This document shows positions 13,682-27,409 of a DNA stretch of 59,493 bases, piece by piece. The notes under the pieces are model-generated. The model worked only from the letters and a program-made list of their open reading frames with translations, was not told where the DNA came from and ran no database searches. This stretch comes from Octopus bimaculoides (lineage: Eukaryota). How positions within the stretch are numbered: the stretch's first letter is position 1; every line of letters begins with the position of its first letter. The stretch lies in the NCBI RefSeq assembly GCF_001194135.2, contig NC_068986.1, forward strand, positions 75,014,518-75,074,010, written 5' to 3'. Position numbers and translations under genes: made by a program.

Positions 13682-16600
13682 GTGTATGCTTGCGTGTATA
13701 CATGTGTGTGTATAAATCACAGACTGAAAAGACAAATAATAGAGACGACTCTTCCACACTAGGATACAATCGCGAAATATTATCGATTCAGAGAAATAAA
13801 ATTTCCAGAGCATTAGCGACTCTTGTCAGTTTTAGATCTGAAATTCTCTAGAAATTATTTTGGACCTTCTATAGGCCGAAAAATATGTTCTAATTCCACT
13901 AGAATGTTTTGAAGGAAATCTTAGCTAACAAAGAAATCCATAAAATTCTAACTTTCAGTTAAGAGATAATTAATTATTAAACAACACATACATATACAAC
14001 TTCTCCCTGCTATATATAACATGGCGTATTGTGAAATGAATATTCTTACCAGAACTGGATTCAATCTTCATAAAACATTGGAACACGTGTAAATATCTAC
14101 AACAAAAATTGCCTATTAATTCCTTTCATTCTCTTTGGAAAACGAGGTTGTCGAAAGCAAAATTAAAATCATCAGAACCTGTTGTTGTTGATGCATAATC
14201 CTAAGCTTACTCACCAGTAAGTGTTGTTTTTCTTTGTCGTTATTGCTGGGTAAACTTAGATTTACTCCCTGGATGCTTTTGTTGTTCTCAGGTTAGTCGT
14301 CATCGAGTAGTTCTGTAATCAAAGACATTCCTGATGTTATCATTCTACCATTTAGTATGTAATAGACTCCATTTTCTAATCTGTCATTCCTATGTATAGT
14401 CAATACTGTTTAACTTGAAGGAGCTCGTATTACAATATTGAGCAGTTTGGGCGACCACATTAAGTATCTTTCGTTGAGTTGCTCTCGCCAGAAATTATTA
14501 TGGAATACAAAATTACGTGGATGATTCTTAAATTTTGATAATGACCTAAACTAAGTGTCATTAACCATTTTGCCCGAATTTCAGCAGCAAAAACAGTGTG
14601 GCGGTGGATATTACCAAATATTACCGTTTAAAAATTCATTTGTAGCAGCAGATTACAATTAATAAACTGATCTCAGACAGACAACATCGCGGTTCCCTTC
14701 ATACGACCTAACAATGGAGCTTGTATAACAGAAGGGAAACTTTTTAATTCTAGGAACAAATTGTGAGTGTATAACAAACTTGTGGAAAGTGCTTTCATGT
14801 CGAGAAATATAATCATTTATTCTACAAAAGTCATTGGTATGCAGACGATGGCACTAAATGAAATCAATTTAAACGTTATAATTTAAACGTTAAGCAGATG
14901 TTGATTATAACGATTTACACCCCTAAATACCAAAGAGGCCACAAAGGATATTGTTTCAAATTTAATGAAACCTTACAGCTTATATATTAATGGGGAAGGT
15001 TGCAGAAGCACTATGCTGGCTGCAAAATTATTTTCCGTCAATGAAGCACACAAGTGGCTTTTGGTTAAATTGAATGTTAAGAAAAGTTATTCACATCAGT
15101 GAGTGGTGGAAAACGGTGTTGGCGTCTTCAGTATTTCATTTCTCAAAAGTCACTAGTTTTGCATATTTACATAGGATTTATAAAATTCCGATGTATTAAA
15201 TTTGGATATCAAAGTAGTCATTATCTGATTATAAATGAATTAATTCATGTTGCAAGGAATCAGGAGGTTCATCTGGCTTCACATCAAAAGACGTTTTTCT
15301 ATATTCGTAGTTCGAGCTCATAAATATGTTAGAACTTCTTTTGAAAACGATTCAAAAGATTGCAATACTTTGTACCGTGCTGTACACTGATTGTGTGCGT
15401 CGAGTCTTTCAGTGTTGAAAATTGTAGTACACAAGCTTTTTTTTTTGTTTTTTGTTTTTTTCAGTGGTGTTACAAATAACTGCAGCGTTAATTTAGAACT
15501 CATGAATTTGGCAAGAACAGAAGTAATGAGCTGATTCGACTCCTTTAATTTGAAACTAAAATTATTTATGTAGCTAATGATTTTGAGAAAAATGCCAATT
15601 CACAGCTTTTTTGCGTAACAAGAAAACCTTTAATATCCATAACGAGTTTTATTTCATCATTCAACTCTCAGAAGCACTTGAGTATGGGTCCTTTACATAG
15701 TCAGTGATCCTCACCATGGTACCATATATTTCAATACTCTACTTCGAGGTCCTTCAAAAATGACTAAAACCCCTTTTTCATACAATTCCTAATGAATTTA
15801 ATGTATATGTATCCAATTGCTTTATGAACTTAACGTATTTGTATCCAGTACATCATACCTTCGTAAAGAATGTGTATCTGTGTTTTATCGTCGAATTGAT
15901 GTATAATAAATATATATCAATTAGAATTAGGTATTAGAATGTAGTTCAGACTTTTTATTATTTCTCATTTAAAAAGGAAAAAAACCCTTTATTGAGATCC
16001 CTATACGGTTCGTGCATAATTTGTATCGTGCACAATCAGTTTTTCGTGGAGCATAACAAAATCACTTATTGTTTATTTGGTCTTTGTAATATTAACTTCA
16101 CTTCTGATAATAAGATACATTTATTTTAAAGCAATTAAACCTTTTTCGTATTTTGAACTTCGCTGTTATTCCAGCAACAAATATAGCCAAGCGTATGCTA
16201 ATTACTGTATAACTTTTGTTTCAAATACAACTCATGGCCAGCACAACACAATTTCCGTTGTAACTTGCTTCAATATCTTGATACCCTTACTCATGTCTTT
16301 TATACAGTAAGAAACAGCTCCCCAGGATTAACTAATATTCACAAACATTACGACATTTCTGGAGTAAAAATTCATTTGACAGCAAATGTACACTGTTTAA
16401 GAAATTTATTTTCCATATGTAGGTTCACTATCTTTGCAATTATCTCACTCACTTCATAACTTCTTTGTGTTACAGAAGTATTTTCATTTATAAGTCTTTC
16501 GAAAATAGATTGCTACTGGCATAAAGATTCATTCAAAAATATTAAGATTGTCTCTTTTAGTTTTTCACCTTCCTTACATCTTGGTCCAATAATGATGTTC

Positions 16601-17117
16601 ATGATTCTACTTTTTATAAATTTCAACCGAGTATGTAGAAATATGTCACACACTTTCTATTTACATTAATGGAAAAATAATTACGCGTTAACTTTTCATC
16701 GAAATTTCGCCGGCAACTAATTTTCTTTTATTAATACTAGCTATTATAGCAGTTATTTTTATGTATATTAGAATACTGGTTTTAAAATTTTTAATTAAAG
16801 TAGTGAAATGAATTGTAAAAGTTTCCAGCATTCAAAACTTGTACCATTCATTTTTGATAATGCAGCAGACATTCAACTTTGACAAAACTTAAATTCACTC
16901 TGACACTTCATCACTAACAAAAATATCTAATTAGACAATTAATTCCCGCTAGCAGTTGTGGCGGGACGCATACCAGTGATGAAGGCTAATTGGCTGTAGT
17001 AAAAGTGTGACAATTACATCATACATTGGAACTTATTACGTGTTCAATGCTAAAAGAAAATACAGAACAGAAATTTTATTTACGTATTTGATATTTTTGA
17101 AAGTAATTCTATATATT

Positions 17118-17330
17118 CTTTTCTACTCTAGGCACAAGGCCTGAAATTTGGGGGAGAAGGCCAGCCGGTTAGATCGATCCCAGTACGCAACTTGCACTTA
17201 ATTTATCGACCCCGAAGTTATGAAAGGCAAAGTCTACCTCGAAAGAATTTGAACTCAAAACGTGAAGACAGACGAAATACAGCCAAGCATTTCGCCCGGC
17301 GTGCTAACGTTTCTGCCAGCTCGCCGACTT
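17118..17330 (-). mobile_element. Family-A SINE with perfect 16-bp TSD
   Basis: Full family-A sequence. AGTAATTCTATATATT at 17102-17117 and 17331-17346. Confidence 0.9.
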
Positions 17331-17367
17331 AGTAATTCTATATATTAAATTACTGCTCTTGCCACAG

Positions 17368-17482
17368 ATGCAACACCAGTCCCTATACCAATAATACAAC
17401 TATCACCGACTGCAAATCTAAGTACAAAATCATCAAAAGCTACAGCTACACGTCTACTAACATCATATACAAATTTTGTGAG
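17368..17482 (+). CDS. Candidate isolated internal exon (Ser/Thr/Pro-rich)
   Basis: ctcttgccacag acceptor and AG|gtaggg donor. One open frame: ATPVPIPIIQLSPTANLSTKSSKATATRLLTSYTNFV. No homology recognised. Confidence 0.2.
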
Positions 17483-17845
17483 GTAGGGCTCCTCTGTATT
17501 GGCGAACATATTCGAAGTATTCTCCAGCACACAACAGAATCAACCCAATACTCAAATATCAACATACATCATCGCTTCATTAACCTCCTCTCTGTATCCC
17601 GTGTTCCTGTCTATTTCAACTTATCACTCCCTCAATATACAAAGGATGATTCATTCTATTTGCTTCTTAACATTTTCACCAAACGGCATTAATAGATGTC
17701 ACTTTTTACTTATTTCTTATTGTTCTTCCACCTGATTTATGTACGCGTGTTATGCAAAATGGCGCTAATAGAACGCTGCACATTCTGGACGCTTGCAGAC
17801 CTGAGCCGAGAGAACAGTTCCCAATGATCATATATATGTGTGACC

Positions 17846-17892
<47 letters not shown>

Positions 17893-18071
17893 CGTGCGTC
17901 TATGTACATATCTTATGTATAACAGTCATCCATCAAGGAGACACTGACCTTGCGAATAGAACAAAACCCTTGTCATTTATTGGCCATCCTGATTTAACTA
18001 CACCATTCGTTACTGCATGGTTCCTCTTCACCAAAATTTCATCCAAACTTTATTCCACACTCATTCACACC

Positions 18072-18118
<47 letters not shown>

Positions 18119-18119
18119 C

Positions 18120-19080
18120 ATCCGATCATTGCCAACCTACCTACACGCAGCTGCCTAAGTGTTTTCCTATGGTATTTCTGGGACTTTTCAGTACTAATCC
18201 ATCTAAATGATTCCGTAAGCTTCGAAAGAAATGGTAATCAGAATGAGTGCAGTTCGGAGAATAAGGCGAGTGAGGGATTTTTTTCAACCAAGTTCTTCCG
18301 TTTTTTCTGATGTAAACTTTGCATTGTGGGGCTTTGCTTTATCATGATGAACCACCATTCACTTCCGATTCGCTAAAGCAGGTCTTTTTCCATCAAAGCA
18401 GCATCCAATCTCTCTAATTGTTGGCAATAGGTGTGTGCAGTAATTATTGCATGAGTTGTTTGTAGTTCAAAGTGGATAACGTCAATGCAGTCGCACCAAA
18501 CAGAGAGAAGAGCCTTTTTTTTGCATGAAAGTCCTTTTGGGGTCGTGGTTTAGCCACTTCTCCACAACTAAGCCATTGCCTGCGTCACTTAACATTTTCA
18601 GAAAGAATTCATTTTTCATCACAATTCACTAATATGTCCAAAAATGGTGAAATACGTTCACGAGAGTGCAGAGATGAGCAGATGACCACTCGTGATTTTT
18701 AATTAGCTTTTGTCAAATCATGGGTAACCCATTTCCTGAGTTTGGGCACCTCGAAGCTGTTGGACATGGCGCTGAACAATTGAATGGCGCGAATTGAGCT
18801 TACTTGCCAATTCTTTAACTGGCACAGTATTATCCTACTCAAGCTCTAACAAAAGAAGCGTATCATCAGATTCAACAGGGCATCCTATTGGTAGCCTCTT
18901 TCTGAGGCTGAAGTAACATTTTTGAACTTTGCAGACGATTTTCTCCACTGCAATTTCTTTCGTTCAAGCACTCTTCCCCAAAAACAGAATGGATATTTCA
19001 GGTTGCTTTTGTTGCCATTTCCCTTTGTGAATTCACAAAGCGTTATGTGCCTTAAATGTTCCTTAGATACAGCCACCTTT
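18120..19080 (-). mobile_element. Full-length decayed mariner (D,D34D-type) transposase
   Basis: Ordered motifs across frameshifts: SKEHLRHITLCEFTKGN; VKELASKLNSRHSIVQRH; KWVTHDL; CDEK*I; RQWL; YCQQLERL; HHDKAKPH; PHSPYSP...SDYHFFRSLRNHL. TIRs not identified. Confidence 0.9.
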
Positions 19081-19810
19081 GAGAGGTTAATATTAGTAAT
19101 TAATTCAGTCAGATTATTCAGCAAAAAGAAATTATATTAAGTTATCGGTTTCCAAATTCATATGAATATGAATCAATACCATTTCACATTATATATANNN
19201 NNNNNNNNNNNNNNNNNNNNNNNNNNNNNNNNNNNNNNNNNNNNNNNNNNNNNNNNNNNNNNNNNNNNNNNNNNNNNNNNNNNNNNNNNNNNNNNNNNNN
19301 NNNNNNNNNNNNNNNNNNNNNNNNNNNNNNNNNNNNNNNNNNNNNNNNNNNNNNNNNNNNNNNNNNNNNNNNNNNNNNNNNNNNNNNNNNNNNNNNNNNN
19401 NNNNNNNNNNNNNNNNNNNNNNNNNNNNNNNNNNNNNNNNNTATAGATAATGGCTATTACATATTTTACCTTTATTAGAGCAACTTTAGAATCTAGTCTT
19501 TCTCATACACAAAATGAGCCCCCTTAATTTTGCTCACATTGTTTTCAGTTTTGGTGTATCGATGCAACTCTGAATTTTGATTATAATCAATCAATTACTT
19601 TATCTCGTAAATTAATCTGATGTTATTTGGAAATAAAGGTGGAAAATTTGGGTAATTTTAGCCGATCAACAGAGAGCGTGGCATTAGCAGCTTGTTACCA
19701 TGAAAACTGCACGCTGTATTGTGGTTAACTGTTGTCTGTGCCGCTGTTGTCTATGTTGATTTCACCCGTGTGTTTTGCTGTAATTTTTCTGTATGTTAGT
19801 ATATTACATA

Positions 19811-19950
19811 CTTTTCTGTGCTTCTGTGTGTTAATATTTTTCTGTGCTTTTTCTGTGTGTTAATATTTTTCTGTGCTTTTTCTGTGTTAGTATTTTTCTG
19901 TGCTTTTTCTGTGTTAGTATTTTTCTGTGCTTTTTCTGTGTGTTAGTATT
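19811..19950. repeat. 27-29-bp minisatellite, about 5 copies (TGTGTTAGTATTTTTCTGTGCTTTTTC)
   Basis: Directly visible tandem units; they produce the SIFLCFFCV repeat in the ORF track. Confidence 0.9.
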
Positions 19951-21489
19951 TTTACGTATTTTTCATTTCATATATTTTTGGGACTCATTGACTCAGATAG
20001 CTGGATTTACAATTTCACTAGGTCATTCTATTCATATAAATTTAAATTAAGAGTATTTCTTAAACTGTTAACATAACATTTCAACAGCTTAACGGAAATT
20101 TAGTCCAGGTAACAGGAACTGAGAGGGATATCGTTACTCAACTTTGGAGTTTTGAAGACAGACGCTCCTTTTTCACACACACATACGCACACATCTACTT
20201 ATATGTTAATGATGTACATAAATACATGGCAGGTATACATAATACTGAAGTACGCATAAAGTAAACACATGCAGACAAATATATTAATATAACAAATTTT
20301 AAAAAAATGATAAAAAAACATTCAATCAATGAAGTGACAAAAGAAACAGTAAGATGATATATGTTGATTTTATTAGGTATTTCTGTTTATTTAGAAACCT
20401 ACGCTAAACTATGAATTTCACAGGGTACAACCTTAAAGTTGACACCGTTCGGCTAAAACATTCTGTTTCGCTATTGGCTAAAAATACCCATTTTTTTTTT
20501 TTTTTTACTTTTAAACCTCTGTAACTCATTCAATTTTTTTTTTCTCCATAACATCATACCTTCAAAGCAATGAGACTGAAACGCTACATTATTATAGCCG
20601 ATTTTCAGATTTTTTACTTTCTTTTAAAAAATGCATATATTGCGAATGAAAAAAAAAACTAGATCCCAAATTTGGCTTACAGCTGTTTCCAGTAATCATT
20701 ATAGTACGTTACTGATAGATTTACTCAATTAGTGTATTGATCAGTTGAGAAAAATTGAACGACCTAAAAAAATTAATGCTACTTTCGTCAGAGCTATTTC
20801 TGGTTATAACAAAGCAGAACACTGAAGGAATGATGAGTGCATGGAGGAGGGAGGAATGGATAGAAAGATGCAAGTAAAATATAAAAAGAGGAAGACAGGT
20901 TACAAAAGGATGAAGAAAAGTAAGAGATAGAGGAACGAGTCATTTAATAGAAGCAGGGGTATAGGATGGCAGAAATTTGGGAAAAGGACAGTCATAAAAC
21001 ACACATGAACACATTATTGTTTATAGGTTAGATATTCTCCATATGTTGAGCTAAAATTTGATATGGGCCGTTTCTACACATGGTCAACCTAAGTCTTTGG
21101 TGATTGGTGCTATGAAGTATAGTGGTGGTGGGGGGGATTGTGTTAGAAGATGAATGAAATATCAGTAGTAATTATAATGTGATGTAAAGGTCAAGAAGGC
21201 TCTGATTAGCTAGGATATAAAATACTGATAGATTGAGAGATGTGAGGGCCAAATGAGATAAAGTCAAGTTCAGTTGTTGAAATTCATCTCATTACATGAG
21301 TTTAAAAAAATTAAACCATTAAATGGATGACGGATTGAAACTTGAACTAAAGTTTAAATTTTCTAGATGTAGCATTGGAGCAAACTAAAGATTAAAAGAA
21401 TTAAAATAATTTTACGAAATAATGGGTGATACTAAAGCAATAACGATGATGATGACAACATCCACAACACCAATAACAATATTAATAAA

Positions 21490-21490
21490 A

Positions 21491-21549
<59 letters not shown>

Positions 21550-21551
21550 AC

Positions 21552-21600
<49 letters not shown>
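21490..21600. repeat. (TAG)n(TAA)n microsatellite abutting the 5' end of the RLE retrotransposon
   Basis: Directly visible. Confidence 0.95.
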
Positions 21601-21604
<4 letters not shown>

Positions 21605-24600
21605 ACGGGAGGGAATACGAAACAAATCTAAAACGTGGAAACGGTGAACATGAAACTAATGATTATGATATTCTAAAAATTAGCATAATCAAAGAACTAG
21701 AAGCCACAGATCTCAGCATGGACCGCCGATTATACCTCTCAAAAATTAAAATTGTTAATAAAACATCAAAAATAAACAGCATGAACATGGCCGTCACAGA
21801 ACTAATAACCACAGAAACAAATGTCAATATGACCAGGCTAAATTATATAGTATATGCAGCAGCATCTATGGCCACAAAAGCAGATGGATGCCCCCTCAAA
21901 CCCATTCAAACAGGCGTATCACCACCCAAACAAACACTGGGATAAATAATATCCCCCCCCCCCAAAAAAAAAAGAAAAGAAGAGAAAGGATTTGTCAATC
22001 TTTAATGAAACTAGTAGATGATCAATACTACTAAGCATCAAGTAGAGAAGAAAAATACTACGTAAATACAAAATTAAAGAACAAGGTGTACCTGAGGTAA
22101 AAGAACAGCTAAAGCAAAATATCCTTGCCGAAGCACAAAGAATCTGCCGGTATGAGAAACGCCAACGTTTCTTTGAACAAAACCAATAGTTCAACTCCAA
22201 CCCCAAAATAAAACAGAGATCAATGCAACACCAACAGCAGAAGTGGAAGAATTTTGGAAAGAAACATGATCGGCGAAGGAACAACTTCAGAAAAGATCTA
22301 TCAAAATATCGAACACAGCGTCTGGACAAATCTGGACCCCTATAAGAACTGAAGAGATCACCTGGGCACTGCAAAAACTAAACAACTGGAAGGCACCCGG
22401 GCACAAGATCCTCAACTTCTGGTTAAAATGCCTAACAGGAACATAAAATTCTGGCTGAGAGACTTAATGAAGTACTAGCAGAGCCAGAGACAGTGCCTGA
22501 ATGGCTCACAGAAAGGAAAATTATCCTAATTCCTAAATCCCCAGAAACGGCAAACCTACAAAATTACAGACCGATAACTTGTCTTCCTACAATTTACAAA
22601 GTCTTTATTGCAATAACAGCGCAGGGAATGAGCAAACATCGGGAAGAAAACAGCCTGTTTCCAGAAGAGTAGAAGAAATGCTTCAAAAGCTCATACGTCT
22701 GTACTGGTCAATAAAGCCATAACTGAAGACAGCCTCAGAATGAAGGAGGGTCTAAGTATGGCCTGGATCGATTACTGAAAGGAATTTGATAGTATTCCCC
22801 ACACATGGATCCTAGAAACACTAGCCATGAACAAAGTAGTACCAATTATCATTAAATATATAAAACATTCCATGAACAAATGTCAGACAATGCTACAACT
22901 CCAGAAAAAAGAGGGACTCATAACAACCAAAGAGATCTCCATTAGAAGAGTAATATTCCAGAGTGACACTCTCTCTCCGTCCCTTTTCTACTTGTCACTG
23001 ACACCTTTATCTAACGTGCTAAACAGAACCGGACGTGGATACATCTGCTACGACAAAAAAAAATCAGCCACCTTTTATATATGGATGATCTGAAACTGTA
23101 CGCTACAAATGATAAACAGCTGGAAACATTACCACAGACAGTACATGGATTTACCAAAGAAATAAACATGAAATTTGGCTTCGAAAAATGTGCCAAAGCA
23201 ACCTTGAAAAGAGGAAAACTAGTTATGAATAGCAACATCACACTAGATAAAGCAAATGAAATAAGACAATTAGGCCAAAGCCAGACATACAAATACTTAG
23301 GAATCAATGAACTAGATACGACACAACACACACAAATGAAAGAGACGATAAAAAAGGAATACTATAGATGAGTTAGATTAATACTGAAAACAGAGCTCAA
23401 TGCTAAAAACAAGATAATAGATATCAACACTCTAGCCGTCCCAGCTACATTATTCTTAACTGGACTCTAAATGGAATTATCAAAATAGATAGGAAAGCAA
23501 GAAAAATAATGAAAGAATTTAGGATGTACCACTAAAAATCTGACATAGAAAGGCTATATATACAATGTATCGAAAGTAGTAGAGGTCCTATACAACTAGA
23601 ATACTATTACAAAGTAAACACCATGGGACTACAAAAATACCTACTTCAGAAGCAAGGAAAACTAATACAAACTACTACAAAACACGAACAAAAAAAGAAT
23701 GTTCAGTCTTTAAGGAAGCTAACAGTTAAAAAAAAGAAGTAATAGTACTTAACAACTATGAAGAAGAAAATAAACAACAAAAGCTGTAAAACAACTGAAT
23801 CCAAACTAAAACTGGAACATCAACGAATCATGATAAAACAATGGCAAGAAAAGCCCCGTCATGTCAAATACTGGATTAAACTAAACAAAAAAGACATAGA
23901 CAAAGCAAAACCCCAACAGCGCTGAGAAGCTCAGGACCTAAGCAGAGACTGAAAGATTTTTAATTGCAGCAACACATGATCAAAGCCTTCCCGCCAGAAA
24001 TCATCAAAAACATGTAATGAAAAGAAATACAAGTAACAGCAGAATATGAGGAGATGGAGAAGAAACAATAAATCATATTGTCTCTGGCTACCCAGTCCTG
24101 GCTAAGAAAGAATATACTTACAGACACGACAGATTTGGGACCTATATACACTGGAAGCTATGCCAACACTATGGAATAACGACAGAAAAAAGATGGTATA
24201 AACACACGCCAGAAAAGATCACAAAATTGAGAAAGCAACCATACTCTAGGATATGCCAATACACACAGATAAATAAATTAAGCTCAATTGGTCGGGTATA
24301 GTTGTCAGAGATCACCAAGAAGATAAATGCTTTCAAATGGATGTATCATACCAACAGATGACAAGGTTTCTCTGAAAGAAACGGAGAAACGTTCAAAATA
24401 CAAAAGATCTGGAAACAGAAGTAACGCGAATGAGGACCCCCCCAAAAAAAAAAACAGAAACAATTCCTATCTTATCATAGCAAGCGCATAAGGTATGATA
24501 TGAAAGAAATACAGACAAATACATAACAAAAACACCATGACTTACAAGTAAATATAACATACTGAAAATAGCACTACTATGTACCGCACACATCCTACAT

Positions 24601-24656
24601 AAAACACTTTAAATACAGAGAAAATAAGAGCACCACACCAAACCACAGCACATACC
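21601..24656 (+). mobile_element. Decayed R4/Dong-clade non-LTR retrotransposon (RT, CCHC knuckle, restriction-like endonuclease)
   Basis: NWKAPG, NYRPITCLPT, AWIDY*KEFDSIPH, IFQSDTLSP, YMDDLKLY (~23078-23100), YKYLGI, degenerate knuckle SRI*GDGEETINHIVSGYP...RHD, and DMPIHTD...IVVRD...MDVS. Multiple stops and frameshifts. Confidence 0.9.
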
Positions 24657-24689
24657 TATTTACACTTTAGCGTGCAATGTAACGCAAAA

Positions 24690-25095
24690 CCTAAACCTAA
24701 ACCTGAACCTTAACTTTAAGCCTACATCCTAAACACTACACCTAATCGCTAACCCGAATCCTGAACGCTAACATTTAACCCTAACCCTAACCATTCGCCC
24801 TAACCTAAACCTAAAACTAAGACCTAAACCCTAAACCTACTACATCACTCTAACCCCTAGTCCTAATCCCTAACCGTAAACTCAACTCTAAACTTAACTC
24901 TAAAACTAACACTAAGCGCTAACCTTAACCCTAAACACTAAATTAAACCTAACCGTAACCCTATGTCCTAAACCTAATCCCTAACTCCTAACCGTAAGTG
25001 TAAACCTTAACTCTAAACCTAACTCTAAACTTTAACCCTAATCCTAAGCCTTAAAACCTCGTCCTAACCTTAAATTCTAACTTTAACCCCAACCC
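24690..25095. repeat. Degenerate interstitial telomere-like (CCCTAA)n array
   Basis: Many TAACCC, TAAACC and TAACCT hexamer variants, e.g. TTAACCCTAACCCTAACC near 24776-24792. Confidence 0.85.
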
Positions 25096-25539
25096 AAATA
25101 TAGACATTTTACAGTGTACACAATGGATACTGTGGTTGACTACGCGCTAAAGTAACACTGTTTCGTGTGTCTAATGGAGCCTATCAGTCTTCACACCTTA
25201 TCTGAAGATAGTATTTCATATGAACACGTATTTCAAGGGAAACGTTACCGTTATGCAGACTGCGCGATTTTGAGTTAAATGAACTTAGCATAAACATAAC
25301 AAAATGTCGATGTTAGGATCAAACGTCTCTCATTCAACAGGTTGTTGACGATCTCTGTCTCAGTTAATTGCATAGAAATAACTCACACGCCAACACGAAC
25401 GAAGAAGTTCGTACGAACACATAGGATTGTGTAAAAAGACATATATCAGCAGTATTGGAAGAAATAAATACTTACCGAAAGATAGACAGATGAATAGGGA
25501 GATAAACATATACATACATACATACATACATACATATAT

Positions 25540-25598
<59 letters not shown>

Positions 25599-26165
25599 CA
25601 TACATATACATATATATATAANNNNNNNNNNNNNNNNNNNNNNNNNNNNNNNNNNNNNNNNNNNNNNNNNNNNNNNNNNNNNNNNNNNNNNNNNNNNNNN
25701 NNNNNNNNNNNNNNNNNNNNNNNNNNNNNNNNNNNNNNNNNNNNNNNNNNNNNNNNNNNNNNNNNNNNNNNNNNNNNNNNNNNNNNNNNNNNNNNNNNNN
25801 NNNNNNNNNNNNNNNNNNNNNNNNNNNNNNNNNNNNNNNNNNNNNNNNNNNNNNNNNNNNNNNNNNNNNNNNNNNNNNNNNNNNNNNNNNNNNNNNNNNN
25901 NNNNNNNNNNNNNNNNNNNNNNNNNNNNNNNNNNNNNNNNNNNNNNNNNNNNNNNNNNNNNNNNNNNNNNNNNNNNNNNNNNNNNNNNNNNNNNNNNNNN
26001 NNNNNNNNNNNNNNNNNNNNNNNNNNNNNNNNNNNNNNNNNNNNNNNNNNNNNNNNNNNNNNNNNNNNNNNNNNNNNNNNNNNNNNNNNNNNNNNNNNNN
26101 NNNNNNNNNNNATATATACATACATACATGTGTATATATATATATATACATATACACACATATAT

Positions 26166-26236
<71 letters not shown>

Positions 26237-26801
26237 CATACATATACATATATATATAATGTGTGTGTGTGTAGAAAATAGATGGATAAATAGATAAATG
26301 ACTTAGTTAACTAAGTAGATTAGACAGATTGATAGACAGACATGCATAGAGACAGGCAAAGAGATATATACACACAGATAGAAACCAGCGGTACGCATTC
26401 GTACACTTACAAATATATGCATATCTACCATATTAACATATATATATGTGTGCGTGTGTGTAAATGTGTGTGTAGGCATATGTGTGATCATGTGTGAGTA
26501 CGAGTCTGTAATCCTTAGCACAAGTCATCATTCTAGCATATACCATATATAAAAATAGACTTAACTGTCTGCTCTATTATGTGGGTCTCCATCTTATTAG
26601 TAAATTTTGCTTGCTGCAGCTCAGGTCATTGACATCGGAGATTTTAATTCGGATTCTACTCGAAATTTTGCATATACGTTCATAAACATACTGGCGCATA
26701 TATATATGTATATTCGGTCTTGTGTGCACGTGTCTACACATAAATAATTTATAAACACACGTATGCACAAACACGTACACATACAAATACACATATATAC
26801 A

Positions 26802-26829
<28 letters not shown>

Positions 26830-26836
<7 letters not shown>

Positions 26837-26971
26837 TCTATTTTTATGTTTCAGTCATTGGCCTACTGCCTTGCTGGAGAAAAGCCATGAAGTGTTTAGT
26901 TGAACAAATCGACCCCATTCCGATACTCTTACTATCGGACCCTTTTGTCGAACCGCCAGGTAACGGGGTAC
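26830..26971 (-). mobile_element. Family-B SINE 3' part (runs into a gap)
   Basis: TGTTTCAGTCATTGG...GAACAAATCGACCCC...GAACCGCC matches other family-B copies. Confidence 0.7.
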
Positions 26972-27409
26972 NNNNNNNNNNNNNNNNNNNNNNNNNNNNN
27001 NNNNNNNNNNNNNNNNNNNNNNNNNNNNNNNNNNNNNNNNNNNNNNNNNNNNNNNNNNNNNNNNNNNNNNNNNNNNNNNNNNNNNNNNNNNNNNNNNNNN
27101 NNNNNNNNNNNNNNNNNNNNNNNNNNNNNNNNNNNNNNNNNNNNNNNNNNNNNNNNNNNNNNNNNNNNNNNNNNNNNNNNNNNNNNNNNNNNNNNNNNNN
27201 NNNNNNNNNNNNNNNNNNNNNNNNNNNNNNNNNNNNNNNNNNNNNNNNNNNNNNNNNNNNNNNNNNNNNNNNNNNNNNNNNNNNNNNNNNNNNNNNNNNN
27301 NNNNNNNNNNNNNNNNNNNNNNNNNNNNNNNNNNNNNNNNNNNNNNNNNNNNNNNNNNNNNNNNNNNNNNNNNNNNNNNNNNNNNNNNNNNNNNNNNNNN
27401 NNNNNNNNN

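Noticed and set aside
14560-15068. piggyBac-like TTAA|CCA...TGG|TTAA ends
   Set aside because: The inverted match is only about 3 bp beyond TTAA, which is expected by chance in AT-rich DNA.
21951-24455. Two C-run/A-run junctions inside the R4/Dong element
   Set aside because: Most simply explained as homopolymer slippage or sequencing error at CCCAAA sites in a dead element.
24690-25095. True chromosome end
   Set aside because: The array is short, highly degenerate and has unique sequence on both sides.
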